This document shows, piece after piece, positions 21,390 to 30,525 of a DNA stretch of 54,917 nucleotides. This DNA is from a virus. Lineage: Duplodnaviria; Caudoviricetes. How positions within the stretch are numbered: the first letter of the stretch is position 1; each line of letters begins with the position of its first letter. The stretch is taken from positions 1 to 54,917 of the IMG/VR virus record IMGVR_UViG_3300020388_000022. One strand, 5' to 3'. The notes under the pieces were generated by a model. It saw only the letters and a program-made list of their open reading frames with translations. It was not told the DNA's origin and did not search any database. The translations under genes and the position numbers were made by a program.

Positions 21390-21968
21390 ATGTCTATTAA
21401 ACCAAAAGAAAAACCACATTACGTGAACAATAAAGATTTTTCTCAAGCAGTTATGGATTATGCAGTAGAATGCAGAGACTGTAAAGAAAAAGAAATTCAA
21501 GTTCCAAAGGTTACAGATTACATCGCAAGATGTTTTATTAAAATTGCCGAAGGGCTATCTCATAGACCAAACTTTGTAAGGTATACTTATAGAGAAGAAA
21601 TGGTTATGGATGCTGTTGAAAATTGCTTAAGAGCAATAGGTAACTATAATATCGAAACAGCCACAAGAACTGGAAAGCCAAATGCATTCTCGTACTTTAC
21701 GCAAATATGTTACTTTGCGTTTATTCGTAGAATCACAAAAGAGAAAAGACAACAAGATATTAAATTTAAATTCATTGAGAAAATGGGTATTGAAGATTTT
21801 GTTGCTATGGGTATGGACGAAGCAGGTGCTGAACAAACAGCTGCATATGTTGATACACTAAAACAAAGAATTAGTCAAGTAAGAGTACAAGATACTAAGA
21901 TTAAAGAATTTGCAAAGAAAGAAAAAGAAAGAGAAAAACTAGAGTTATTTTATGAGAAAACTAAGTAG
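21390..21968 (+). CDS. gp55: Late transcription sigma factor gp55
   Basis: HYVNNKDF, IAEGLSHRPNFVRYTYREEMVMDAVENC, NAFSYFTQICYFAFIRRI. Confidence 0.95.
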   Translation: MSIKPKEKPHYVNNKDFSQAVMDYAVECRDCKEKEIQVPKVTDYIARCFIKIAEGLSHRPNFVRYTYREEMVMDAVENCLRAIGNYNIETATRTGKPNAFSYFTQICYFAFIRRITKEKRQQDIKFKFIEKMGIEDFVAMGMDEAGAEQTAAYVDTLKQRISQVRVQDTKIKEFAKKEKEREKLELFYEKTK

Positions 21969-22119
21969 TAAACAAAGAGACTATCAGATCAGACGAAGAA
22001 AGAAAAGGTTTGGTCATGAATTAAAAAGAAAAGAAAAAAGAATCTTATTAAAAAGAGCTTATACAAATCAAGCAATTAAGATGCGAAGACAATTAAGAAA
22101 ACTGAGAATGTCACTATGA
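21952..22119 (+). CDS. Very basic 55-aa protein, not in ORF track
   Basis: MRKLSSKQRDYQIRRRKKRFGHELKRKEKRILLKRAYTNQAIKMRRQLRKLRMSL; fills the gp55-gp47 gap, ATGA overlap with gp47. Confidence 0.6.
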   Translation: MRKLSSKQRDYQIRRRKKRFGHELKRKEKRILLKRAYTNQAIKMRRQLRKLRMSL

Positions 22120-23177
22120 AGATAGCAATATTAAATGATACGCATTGCGGTACTAGGAATTCGTCTGATATATTTTTAGACTATCAAGGAAGATTTTATA
22201 CAGAAGTATTTTTTCCTTATTGTAAAGAACATAACATAAAACAGATTTTACATCTAGGTGATTATTATGAGCATCGTAAGTTTGTTAATTTCAAAGCTTT
22301 AAATACGAATCGTAAACACTTCTTAGAGCCAATGAAAGAACTTGGTATGTCAATGGATATTATTCCTGGCAACCATGATGTTTATTTCAAGAATACAAAC
22401 GAGCTATGTTCATTAAAAGAACTCTTAGGTTACTTTACTTCTAATGTCAACATCTGCATGAAGCCAACTGTATTAGATTACGATGGTTGTAAAGTTGCAG
22501 TGTTACCTTGGATTAATAAATCTAATTATGAAGAATATACCAAATGGGCAATGAATTGTAATGCAGCTATTCTTGGAGCTCACCTAGAGTTAAAAGGATT
22601 TGATATGATGCCAGGAATGCCTAATCCACATGGTATGAATGCTGATGTATTCTCAAGGTTTGAGTCTGTATTAAGTGGTCACTTTCATACAAAATCAAGT
22701 AGAGATAATGTTCACTATCTTGGTGCTCAGTTTGAAATGACATGGGCTGATGTTGACGATCCAAAATACTTTCATGTATTAGATACAGAGACAAGAGAAA
22801 TAGAAGCAATAAGAAATCCTATAACTATATTTAAAAAAGTTGTATATGATGATTCAAAAACAGATTACGATAAAGTCGATGTGAAACAATTTGAAAAACA
22901 ATTCATTAAATTAATAGTTATAAATAAAAATGACTTATATATGTTTGACAAATTCATAGATAGGTTACAGAGCATAGATACATATGAACTCAAGATAGCA
23001 GAAAGCTTTGATGAGTATCTGGGAGAAAGCGTAAATGACGAGAAAATATCCCTAGAAGATACTACAGAACTACTTGATTCTTATGTTGAAGCAGTTGACA
23101 CAGACTTAGATAAAGAACATATCAAAGTTGAGTTAAGAAAGCTTTATACCGAAGCTCAGAACTTAGAGGTAGTATAA
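22116..23177 (+). CDS. gp47: Recombination nuclease gp47 (Mre11/SbcD-like)
   Basis: DTHCG, LGD, GNHD, SGHFH phosphoesterase motifs. Confidence 0.95.
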   Translation: MKIAILNDTHCGTRNSSDIFLDYQGRFYTEVFFPYCKEHNIKQILHLGDYYEHRKFVNFKALNTNRKHFLEPMKELGMSMDIIPGNHDVYFKNTNELCSLKELLGYFTSNVNICMKPTVLDYDGCKVAVLPWINKSNYEEYTKWAMNCNAAILGAHLELKGFDMMPGMPNPHGMNADVFSRFESVLSGHFHTKSSRDNVHYLGAQFEMTWADVDDPKYFHVLDTETREIEAIRNPITIFKKVVYDDSKTDYDKVDVKQFEKQFIKLIVINKNDLYMFDKFIDRLQSIDTYELKIAESFDEYLGESVNDEKISLEDTTELLDSYVEAVDTDLDKEHIKVELRKLYTEAQNLEVV

Positions 23178-23418
23178 TGGAAATAATGATCGTATGCACT
23201 GCATTAGTTATTCCAACAATTATACTAAGTTATATTATGGTGAAACATTGGAAGCTATAATACTAATACCAATCCTTTGGGTCTCTATGGCAGCACTTTT
23301 TATATTTCTAATAAGAGATGTATCAGGTACTAAAGGTATAGAGAAAGAACAATATTATGGAAGAAAAACTGGTACTAAGTACACAGCTAAATCAAGTAGG
23401 AAAGACTATATAGTATGA
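23177..23418 (+). CDS. One or two small membrane proteins between gp47 and gp46
   Basis: 27-aa hydrophobic ORF from ATG 23177 (MEIMIVCTALVIPTIILSYIMVKHWKL) and an overlapping ORF ending 23418 with a TM segment; starts uncertain. Confidence 0.45.
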
Positions 23419-25130
23419 TACACTTTAAAACATGTTCGTGGAAGAACTTTCTATCCACGGGAAACGACCCTATAAAAATCCAATTAGATAGAACACCAAC
23501 CACATTGATCGTAGGTCAAAATGGTGCAGGTAAATCTACTCTCTTGGATGCATTATCTTTTGGTTTGTTTGGCAAACCGCATAGAGATATTAATAAGGGT
23601 CAATTAATTAATTCAATTAATGGCAAAGGCTCAGAGGTTGAGATTGAGTTTGAAATTGGAGGATCAGATTTTAGGATTGTTCGTGGTATCAAACCAAACA
23701 AATTTGAAATCTGGCAGAATGGAAATCTAATTAATCAGTCATCTAATGTTCGTGATTACCAAAAGTTCTTAGAACAAAATATTCTAAAACTAAATCACAA
23801 ATCGTTTCATCAGGTTGTGGTTCTTGGATCCAGTTCTTTTGTACCTTTTATGCAATTACCTGCATGGTCAAGAAGGCAAGTCATTGAGGACCTTTTAGAT
23901 ATTAACATATTTTCTAAAATGAATATGCTATTAAAAGAAAGAAATGCAAAGATACGCGAAGAGCTTAACGATATTAATCACATGATAGATATTGCAAAAA
24001 CAAAGCTTGATGGCCAAAGCAAATATATTAAAAACCTTGAAGAATTAAACGAAGATCAGATAGAGAAAAAACACGAAAGTATAAATATTCACAATGACGA
24101 AATTAAAAAGTTGTTTGAAGAAAGCAAGAGTTTAAGTAAAGACCTTGTGAGTATGTTATCTGTTGAAGAAAAAAAGAACAGAGACCTATTAAAGAAGTCG
24201 TCACAATTAGAATCTTATGGCTTAAATTTTAAGACTAAGATGATTGACCTAGTCAAGGAAAGTAAATTCTATGAGGAACACGACCAATGCCCGACGTGCG
24301 ATCAAGAAATCGAAGAGTCAAAGAAGGCAGAGAAGATTGCATTTGTTAAAGAAAAGGCAAAAGAACTTCAAATAGCCGAGTTAGATTTAGGAAAAGAAAT
24401 CTCTATATTAAAACGAGAACTATCTGAAGTAACAAATCATATTAACGAATTAAAGCAAAGACAAAATAAAATCAATTCTAATAATGATTCTATTACTCTG
24501 TTGCAAAAAGAAATTGATAAAGTTCAAGCTGAGATAACTAAACTATCTGGTCAAACAGGTGATATCTCAAAAGCAAAGAAAGATTTATCTTCCATGAGAA
24601 AGGGTAAAGATAAAGCAACTGAAAAGAAGCTTGAGTATGTTGAAGAACGTACCTATAACGAAGTCATAGGAGAGATGCTGAAAGATACTGGTATTAAAAC
24701 AAAAGTAATCAAACAATACTTACCTGTTATGAATAGATTAATAAATCAATACCTTCAAGTATTAGACTTCTTTGTATCTTTCCATTTAGACGAAAACTTT
24801 GACGAAACGATTAGATCAAGACATAGAGATAGTTTCAATTATGCATCGTTTAGTGAAGGCGAGAAACAAAGAATTGACTTATCGTTATTATTTACTTGGA
24901 GACAAATAGCTAAGATGAAGAACTCAGCATCTAGTAATCTCTTAGTTCTTGACGAAACATTTGATTCTAGTTTAGACCATGATGGTATTGATAATCTAAT
25001 GAAGATACTAAATACCCTAGACGATAATAGTAATACATTTATTATTTCACATAAGGGTGATGTGCTACAAGATAAGTTTAGATCAAAGATTGAGTTCTTT
25101 AAGCACAAAAACTTCAGTAAAATCAAATAG
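23415..25130 (+). CDS. gp46: Recombination ATPase gp46 (Rad50/SbcC-like)
   Basis: GQNGAGKS, CPTC zinc hook, FSEGEKQRIDL, LDETFDSSLD. Confidence 0.96.
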   Translation: MIHFKTCSWKNFLSTGNDPIKIQLDRTPTTLIVGQNGAGKSTLLDALSFGLFGKPHRDINKGQLINSINGKGSEVEIEFEIGGSDFRIVRGIKPNKFEIWQNGNLINQSSNVRDYQKFLEQNILKLNHKSFHQVVVLGSSSFVPFMQLPAWSRRQVIEDLLDINIFSKMNMLLKERNAKIREELNDINHMIDIAKTKLDGQSKYIKNLEELNEDQIEKKHESINIHNDEIKKLFEESKSLSKDLVSMLSVEEKKNRDLLKKSSQLESYGLNFKTKMIDLVKESKFYEEHDQCPTCDQEIEESKKAEKIAFVKEKAKELQIAELDLGKEISILKRELSEVTNHINELKQRQNKINSNNDSITLLQKEIDKVQAEITKLSGQTGDISKAKKDLSSMRKGKDKATEKKLEYVEERTYNEVIGEMLKDTGIKTKVIKQYLPVMNRLINQYLQVLDFFVSFHLDENFDETIRSRHRDSFNYASFSEGEKQRIDLSLLFTWRQIAKMKNSASSNLLVLDETFDSSLDHDGIDNLMKILNTLDDNSNTFIISHKGDVLQDKFRSKIEFFKHKNFSKIK

Positions 25131-25213
25131 TGACTCGCTGGTCACAGAGTTATGTGACAATTGTGTGACAATGCCAAAAAACCGTTGACATTTCTGTCAA
25201 GACCTGATACTAT
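25131..25213 (+). promoter_or_regulatory. Strong sigma70 promoter with upstream TGTGACAA direct-repeat operator
   Basis: TGTGACAATTGTGTGACAAT at 25153-25172; TTGACA 25185-25190, 17 nt, TACTAT 25208-25213. Confidence 0.8.
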
Positions 25214-25244
25214 ATACATAATGATAAAAAGATAAGGAGAATCA

Positions 25245-27470
25245 ATGAAAGGCATATTACCAAAATTATTAGCAAAAGAAAATATCACCATTCAACATGG
25301 TAACTACCATACTGCTTGGTTTGATATTAAAGACCGTGTATTAGGATTACCTATGTGGAAAGATATGGGTAAAGATGTTTATGATCTATTAATAGGTCAT
25401 GAAGTTGGTCATGCATTAGAAACACCATACGAAGGTTGGCATGATAATCCAGAGAATCTGGAAGGTTGCCCTAGGTCTTATATTAATGTTGTAGAAGATG
25501 CTAGAATAGAAAGAAAAGTCAAGTCAAGATATCCTGGTCTAGTTAGATCATTTGAAAAAGGTTATGCTCAGTTATGGGATAACGAATTCTTTGGTGCACC
25601 TAATGAATTACCTTCATGGGACGAAGTTAAACTTATAGATAAAATTAATCTTGAAGCTAAAGTTGGTGCTCACCTTGATGTACCATTTAATCCTGAAGAG
25701 CAAGTCTTTATGGATAGAGCTATGACAACAGAATCTTTTGATGAAGTAGTTCAGTTAGTAAGAGATATATTAGCTTACACACAAGAAAATCAACCAGAAC
25801 TTTTACAACCACCAGAGCCAGAAGAAAGCGATAGCAACGATATACCTAATGACGGTGATGAAGATGATATGCCACAAGGCCATGATGATATGATGCCTTC
25901 TGAGTCTAGTCAAGAAGACGAAGCACAAACAGAAGGTGAAGGTCAAACAGAGGATGGTGAAGAAGCTGAAAAAGAAACTAATTCAGTAAACAATGATTCA
26001 ACTGATGGACAAGGTAATGAAGAAACAACTGCTGCTTCACATGGTGGAGATAGTGATGAGTCAATAACTGACAAAAACTTTAGAGCGAATGAAGATAAAT
26101 TAATTGAAGATGCATCACTTGATGGTAGACTTATTGTCGGTAATCAAATTGACAAAGATATGTTAAAAGACATCTTTATACCTTACAAAAAGATTGAAGC
26201 TGGAAGAGCTCCTCTAGGAACTAGTAGATGGTCAAAAGAAGAATGGGAATCACATGATATTCAAAGCTTCAATGAAGTAGAGTTTGTTTCTTACATGAAA
26301 GATGTAAAAAGAAGCGTAAACTATGCAGTCAAAGAATTTGAGCAAAGAAAAGCAGCATTCAGATATACAAGAGCACAGACTGCAAAAACTGGTTCTTTAG
26401 ATGTAAACAAACTTTGGTCTTACAAAACTAACGAAGATATTTTTTCAAGAGTAACTAAATTAGCAGATGCTAAGAATCATGGAATGTTTATGTTAATAGA
26501 TTTCTCTGGTTCAATGTCAGGTGTTATGGATAGAGTAATAGATCAGCTAATTCATTTAGTTGTATTCTGTAAGACAGTAAATATTCCATTTGATGTTTAT
26601 GGCTTTACTACAGGTAATCCAAACTTTAAAGAAAATAAAAGAGATTCATATAGAGAAGGCCAAGTACATCACGAAGGTCTAGCACTTTGTCAACAAATAT
26701 CTAGTGAGCTAGGTAAAAAAGATTATACTGAAGCTCTTAAATTTTTATTCCATAGAAAGAATCAAGAAGCTTCTTGGAGAGGAATGAGAATTTGTGAATA
26801 TGGTTCACCTTACGAAGATTGGGGTTCAACACCTTTAAACACTTCTCTTGTTGCAATACATGATAAACTATTTAATATGATCAGTTCTAAGGGAATTGAT
26901 AATATGAATTTAGTTGTACTCTCAGATGGTGATACAAATCAGCTTAGAATATCTAATGATATACCAGAAAAGTTTGCTAGTACAGCAACAAATAATGGTG
27001 CTAGTATGTGGGCAGCTGATTACAGAATCAGAATGGGCAAAGGGATTGTCGAGTCACAAAGATCAGGTGTTCAAATGACAAAAGAGATGCTTAACTACTA
27101 CAGAAAATTTGGTATCACAACTCTTGGTTTCTTTCTTGCAAATGACAGATATGCATATAACTACAAGTTATCAGATGTCTGCTACGATAAGAATAACCAC
27201 GACAGATATGAGAACGAAGAGTTTACAAAAGATGCTCACAAACAAAATACAAAAAACAAATGTGTTATTTATAATGATACACTTGGTTATGATGAATTCT
27301 ATATTGTACAAACTTTTAATAAGTCTGTTATGAATATAGAAAATGAAGATTTTGAAGTCCAAGAAGATGCTACAAAAGCTCAAATTACTACAGCTTTCAA
27401 AAAGCATTCTAAAGGCAAGAAATTAAACAAAACACTACTGACTAACTTCGGTAAGGCGGTAGCAGTTTAA
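25245..27470 (+). CDS. HExxH metallopeptidase-like / VWA (CobT-like) protein
   Basis: HEVGHA, NVVEDARIE, acidic linker, MIDAS DFSGSM, STPL, LSDGD. Confidence 0.85.
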   Translation: MKGILPKLLAKENITIQHGNYHTAWFDIKDRVLGLPMWKDMGKDVYDLLIGHEVGHALETPYEGWHDNPENLEGCPRSYINVVEDARIERKVKSRYPGLVRSFEKGYAQLWDNEFFGAPNELPSWDEVKLIDKINLEAKVGAHLDVPFNPEEQVFMDRAMTTESFDEVVQLVRDILAYTQENQPELLQPPEPEESDSNDIPNDGDEDDMPQGHDDMMPSESSQEDEAQTEGEGQTEDGEEAEKETNSVNNDSTDGQGNEETTAASHGGDSDESITDKNFRANEDKLIEDASLDGRLIVGNQIDKDMLKDIFIPYKKIEAGRAPLGTSRWSKEEWESHDIQSFNEVEFVSYMKDVKRSVNYAVKEFEQRKAAFRYTRAQTAKTGSLDVNKLWSYKTNEDIFSRVTKLADAKNHGMFMLIDFSGSMSGVMDRVIDQLIHLVVFCKTVNIPFDVYGFTTGNPNFKENKRDSYREGQVHHEGLALCQQISSELGKKDYTEALKFLFHRKNQEASWRGMRICEYGSPYEDWGSTPLNTSLVAIHDKLFNMISSKGIDNMNLVVLSDGDTNQLRISNDIPEKFASTATNNGASMWAADYRIRMGKGIVESQRSGVQMTKEMLNYYRKFGITTLGFFLANDRYAYNYKLSDVCYDKNNHDRYENEEFTKDAHKQNTKNKCVIYNDTLGYDEFYIVQTFNKSVMNIENEDFEVQEDATKAQITTAFKKHSKGKKLNKTLLTNFGKAVAV

Positions 27471-27544
27471 TGACCCATTGGTCACACATTGTCACACAAT
27501 TGTCACACAAAACCGTTGACAAATGTGACAATACGTGATACTAT
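27471..27544 (+). promoter_or_regulatory. Second operator-bearing sigma70 promoter (operator inverted)
   Basis: ATTGTCACACAATTGTCACA at 27488-27507; TTGACA 27516-27521, 17 nt, TACTAT 27539-27544. Confidence 0.8.
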
Positions 27545-27582
27545 AGATATATAAATTAATGATGAAAGGAGTGAATTATATT

Positions 27583-28728
27583 ATGAAATTTAGTGAAATG
27601 AAAATATCAACACAAAAGATTGTGAGTGAATTAGGAAAAAGGTTTCCAGATCAAACACAATTTAGAAAATCAGCAATCGTAGATATTGCTAAAGAACACG
27701 GTTATACCGGAAAAGACTTTTATAGTCTAATGCAACCAGAGAACAGAGTTAAGATAGGTACTTATGACCTAGCATCTGTTCTAGCAAGTGCTCCAAAACA
27801 AGAAGCACAACCTATGCCAGCAAATGCTATGGCAATGCAATCTGTAGTAAATGATGAAAAAACATATGCTTCAGTTGATGAAACATTTGTACCATGGGGT
27901 TCATATTCTGATATTGTAAAAATTATCAAGTCTAATATGTTCTATCCAACATACATATCCGGTCTATCAGGTAATGGTAAAACATTCATGGTAGAACAAG
28001 CATGTGCTAAACTCAAGAAAGAGTTTATTAGAGTACAGATTAATCCAGAAACTGACGAAGACGATTTAATCGGTGGATTCAGACTGATCAATGGTGAAAC
28101 AGTATTTGCCAAAGGTCCAGTTCTAAAAGCAATGGAGAATGGTGCAATACTTCTTCTTGACGAAATCGATAGAGCAACTAATAAGATCATGTGTTTACAA
28201 GGTATCTTAGAAGGAAAGCCAGTTCTAGTCAAAAAGACTGGTGATGTAATCAAACCTGCTCCAGGGTTCAATGTTATTGCAACAGCAAATACACTTGGAA
28301 AAGGTTCCGAAGATGGAAGATTTACAGCCGCATCTATTATTGATGATGCATTCCTAGAAAGATTTACTGTTACTGTAAACCAAAAGTTTCCAAGTGTAGC
28401 AGTCGAAAAGAAAATTGTTGAAAGACATATGTCTAAGTTCGATGCAAATGACGAGGACTTTTCAGATAAGCTCGTTCAATGGGCAGATGTTATTCGTAAA
28501 ACTTTTTATGATGATGGTGTAGATGAGTTAATCTCTACAAGAAGGCTCTGTCATATTGTACAAACATTCTCTATCTTTAATAATAGAATGAAAGCAATTG
28601 AGCTATGTATCTCAAGGTTTGACGAAGATACAAAAGATGCTTTCCTTGATCTTTACACAAAGGTTGATGAAGGTGTCATTAGCCAGATCGATGGTACTAA
28701 CATTGAAGAAAACACAGGAGGAGTATAA
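27583..28728 (+). CDS. MoxR/CobS-like AAA+ ATPase
   Basis: GLSGNGKT, LLLDEID, ATANT.GKG, AFLERF, ISTRRL; likely start 27583 after AAGGAG. Confidence 0.9.
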   Translation: MKFSEMKISTQKIVSELGKRFPDQTQFRKSAIVDIAKEHGYTGKDFYSLMQPENRVKIGTYDLASVLASAPKQEAQPMPANAMAMQSVVNDEKTYASVDETFVPWGSYSDIVKIIKSNMFYPTYISGLSGNGKTFMVEQACAKLKKEFIRVQINPETDEDDLIGGFRLINGETVFAKGPVLKAMENGAILLLDEIDRATNKIMCLQGILEGKPVLVKKTGDVIKPAPGFNVIATANTLGKGSEDGRFTAASIIDDAFLERFTVTVNQKFPSVAVEKKIVERHMSKFDANDEDFSDKLVQWADVIRKTFYDDGVDELISTRRLCHIVQTFSIFNNRMKAIELCISRFDEDTKDAFLDLYTKVDEGVISQIDGTNIEENTGGV

Positions 28729-29021
28729 TGCTGATGAAGGTTAGAAAATCAGAAATAGATTACAAATTTAACGAGGATGCTCTGATACAAGAGCTCCAAG
28801 AATATATTAATAAAACTTACGAGGGTCACTACTCAAAGAATCAATTCCAATCAACGGAATTTATTAATGACTGTGGCCATGGTATGGGGTTTGCTTTAGG
28901 CAATGTTTTAAAGTACGCTCAACGGTATGGAAAGAAAGACGGGTATAACCGAAAGGACTTACAGAAAATTCTTCACTATACTTTAATCGCTTTGCATGTA
29001 CATGATGAAAATAATTGTTGA
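28728..29021 (+). CDS. DUF3310-like protein
   Basis: HY...GFALGNVLKYAQRYGKKDG...DLQKILHY. Confidence 0.75.
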   Translation: MLMKVRKSEIDYKFNEDALIQELQEYINKTYEGHYSKNQFQSTEFINDCGHGMGFALGNVLKYAQRYGKKDGYNRKDLQKILHYTLIALHVHDENNC

Positions 29022-29046
29022 CATTCAAAGCAAACTGTGTTATAAT
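29018..29046 (+). promoter_or_regulatory. Early/middle promoter for gp45
   Basis: TTGACA-17 nt-TATAAT with TGTG extension. Confidence 0.8.
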
Positions 29047-29069
29047 ATAGTAATTATGGAGAAAAAACT

Positions 29070-29750
29070 ATGTCTAATGTTTTAAGTGATGATACAATAA
29101 ATGTATTAAAGAACTTTGCAACTATTAATCCTAATCTGGTCTTTACACCAGGTCAAAAGGTTAAAACAATATCTGAGTCTAAAACTATTTTAGCTCAAGC
29201 AGATATTACAGAAGATATGCCAAAAGAATTTGGAGTTTATGACTTAAACGAATTCTTATCAGTATATAATCTTGTTGATACACCTACACTGACCTTTGAA
29301 GATAAGTCAGTTTTAATTAATGGTTCAAACAACCAGGTTGTAAGATATTTCTTTTCAGAAATTGAAATACTTACTACACCTCAAAAAGATATACAGATGC
29401 CAGATGCTGAACTAGGATTCACGCTTACTGACGAGATTTTAAATCAAATCAGAAAAGCTGCTGCAGTTCTAGGTCATACAGAATTATCACTTACTGGTGA
29501 TAATGGTGTAATCACTGCTTCTGTGGTGGATACTAAAGATTCCACAAGCAACTCATTTAGTTATGAACTAGATCGTGATAATGCTTGTAAAGAAGATTTT
29601 AACTTTATCGTTAGTATTCCAAATTTAAAATTATTACCAGGCGATTACTTTGTGAGTATATCATCAAAGTTAATATCTAATTGGACCAATAACAATTATC
29701 CAATAGAATATTTTATCGCATTGGAGAAAAACTCAAGCTTTGGTGTATAA
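29070..29750 (+). CDS. gp45: Sliding clamp gp45
   Basis: LKNFATINPNL, FGVYDLNEFLS, NLKLLPGDY, YFIALE. Confidence 0.95.
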   Translation: MSNVLSDDTINVLKNFATINPNLVFTPGQKVKTISESKTILAQADITEDMPKEFGVYDLNEFLSVYNLVDTPTLTFEDKSVLINGSNNQVVRYFFSEIEILTTPQKDIQMPDAELGFTLTDEILNQIRKAAAVLGHTELSLTGDNGVITASVVDTKDSTSNSFSYELDRDNACKEDFNFIVSIPNLKLLPGDYFVSISSKLISNWTNNNYPIEYFIALEKNSSFGV

Positions 29751-29857
29751 ATACATTAGAGCAAATAAATCTTCATTTTTATATAATGAAGATAGAGTGG
29801 GTAACGCCGATGGTCGGGTTACTCAATTTAGTCTAAACTTTGCAAAGGAGAAAAAAA

Positions 29858-30127
29858 ATGGCTGACGAAAATATGAACGTAGAAGGAACAGAAGAAGCTG
29901 TTCAATTAAGTCTTAGAGATATTGCTACCGTAGTGAACCTTATTGATATGTGTTCAAGACGTGGTGGTTTTGAAGGGGCTGAGCTGGAAACAGTTGGTGG
30001 TTTAAGAACAAGAATTGTTACTTTCTTAAATGCCGCTCAAGAGGCTCAAGGTCAAGATGGCGTTGAAGGCGATCTTAACCCAGTAGAAGATGTTGAAGCT
30101 GTAGAAGCTGAAGGATCTGCTGACTAA
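29858..30127 (+). CDS. Acidic hypothetical protein under a late promoter (TATAAATA 29746-29753)
   Basis: AAGGAG RBS before ATG 29858; IDMCSRRGGFEGAELETVG. Confidence 0.7.
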   Translation: MADENMNVEGTEEAVQLSLRDIATVVNLIDMCSRRGGFEGAELETVGGLRTRIVTFLNAAQEAQGQDGVEGDLNPVEDVEAVEAEGSAD

Positions 30128-30137
30128 AATTACAATA

Positions 30138-30230
30138 GGGGTCGCAAGACTCGGGCAGGGACAGGGACCCACCAATTCAAAAAAGAACAATTATTTAAGC
30201 TTTAAATTGAATAAAGCGTCCCATCCCGCC
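30138..30230 (+). ncRNA. Candidate structured RNA element
   Basis: GC-rich island: GGGUC-GCAA-GACUC hairpin plus long-range stem GGC-a-GGGA-ca-GGGAC / GUCCC-a-UCCC-GCC; folded by eye only. Confidence 0.4.
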
Positions 30231-30252
30231 AATTTTATTATAGGATTATATT

Positions 30253-30525
30253 ATGGAAATAAGCGAAAAACAACAATTACTTGACTCCCTGTTAAAGGGT
30301 ATTGTTCAAGTAACATTCAAAAAAATAGATACAGGCGAACTAAGAGTCATGCCTTGTACTCTCAATGAAACAACTTTAGAAGCTAATGGATTTGAAGTTT
30401 CTATCAAAATGAATGCCGATTCAGATCATTACGCTGTATGGGCATTAGATAAAAATGCATTTAGAAGCTTTAGATTAAGCACAGTAACTGAATGGAAATC
30501 ATTAACAAATTGGGAGCCAAAATGA
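30253..30525 (+). CDS. WYL_2/SH3-like beta-barrel protein
   Basis: VTFKKIDTGELRVMPCTL and VWALDKNAFRSFRL pattern. Confidence 0.7.
   Translation: MEISEKQQLLDSLLKGIVQVTFKKIDTGELRVMPCTLNETTLEANGFEVSIKMNADSDHYAVWALDKNAFRSFRLSTVTEWKSLTNWEPK

Noticed and set aside
27471-27540. GTCACA repeats as a CRISPR array or iteron origin
   Set aside because: Units are only 10-11 bp with no spacers or cas genes, and they are positioned relative to promoters.
27583-28728. cobS as a cobalamin-biosynthesis auxiliary gene
   Set aside because: No cobN or other cobalamin genes in the window; better read as a generic MoxR/VWA pair.
30138-30230. tRNA gene in the GC-rich intergenic island
   Set aside because: No cloverleaf, T-loop GTTC or CCA end; no tRNA recognised anywhere in the window.
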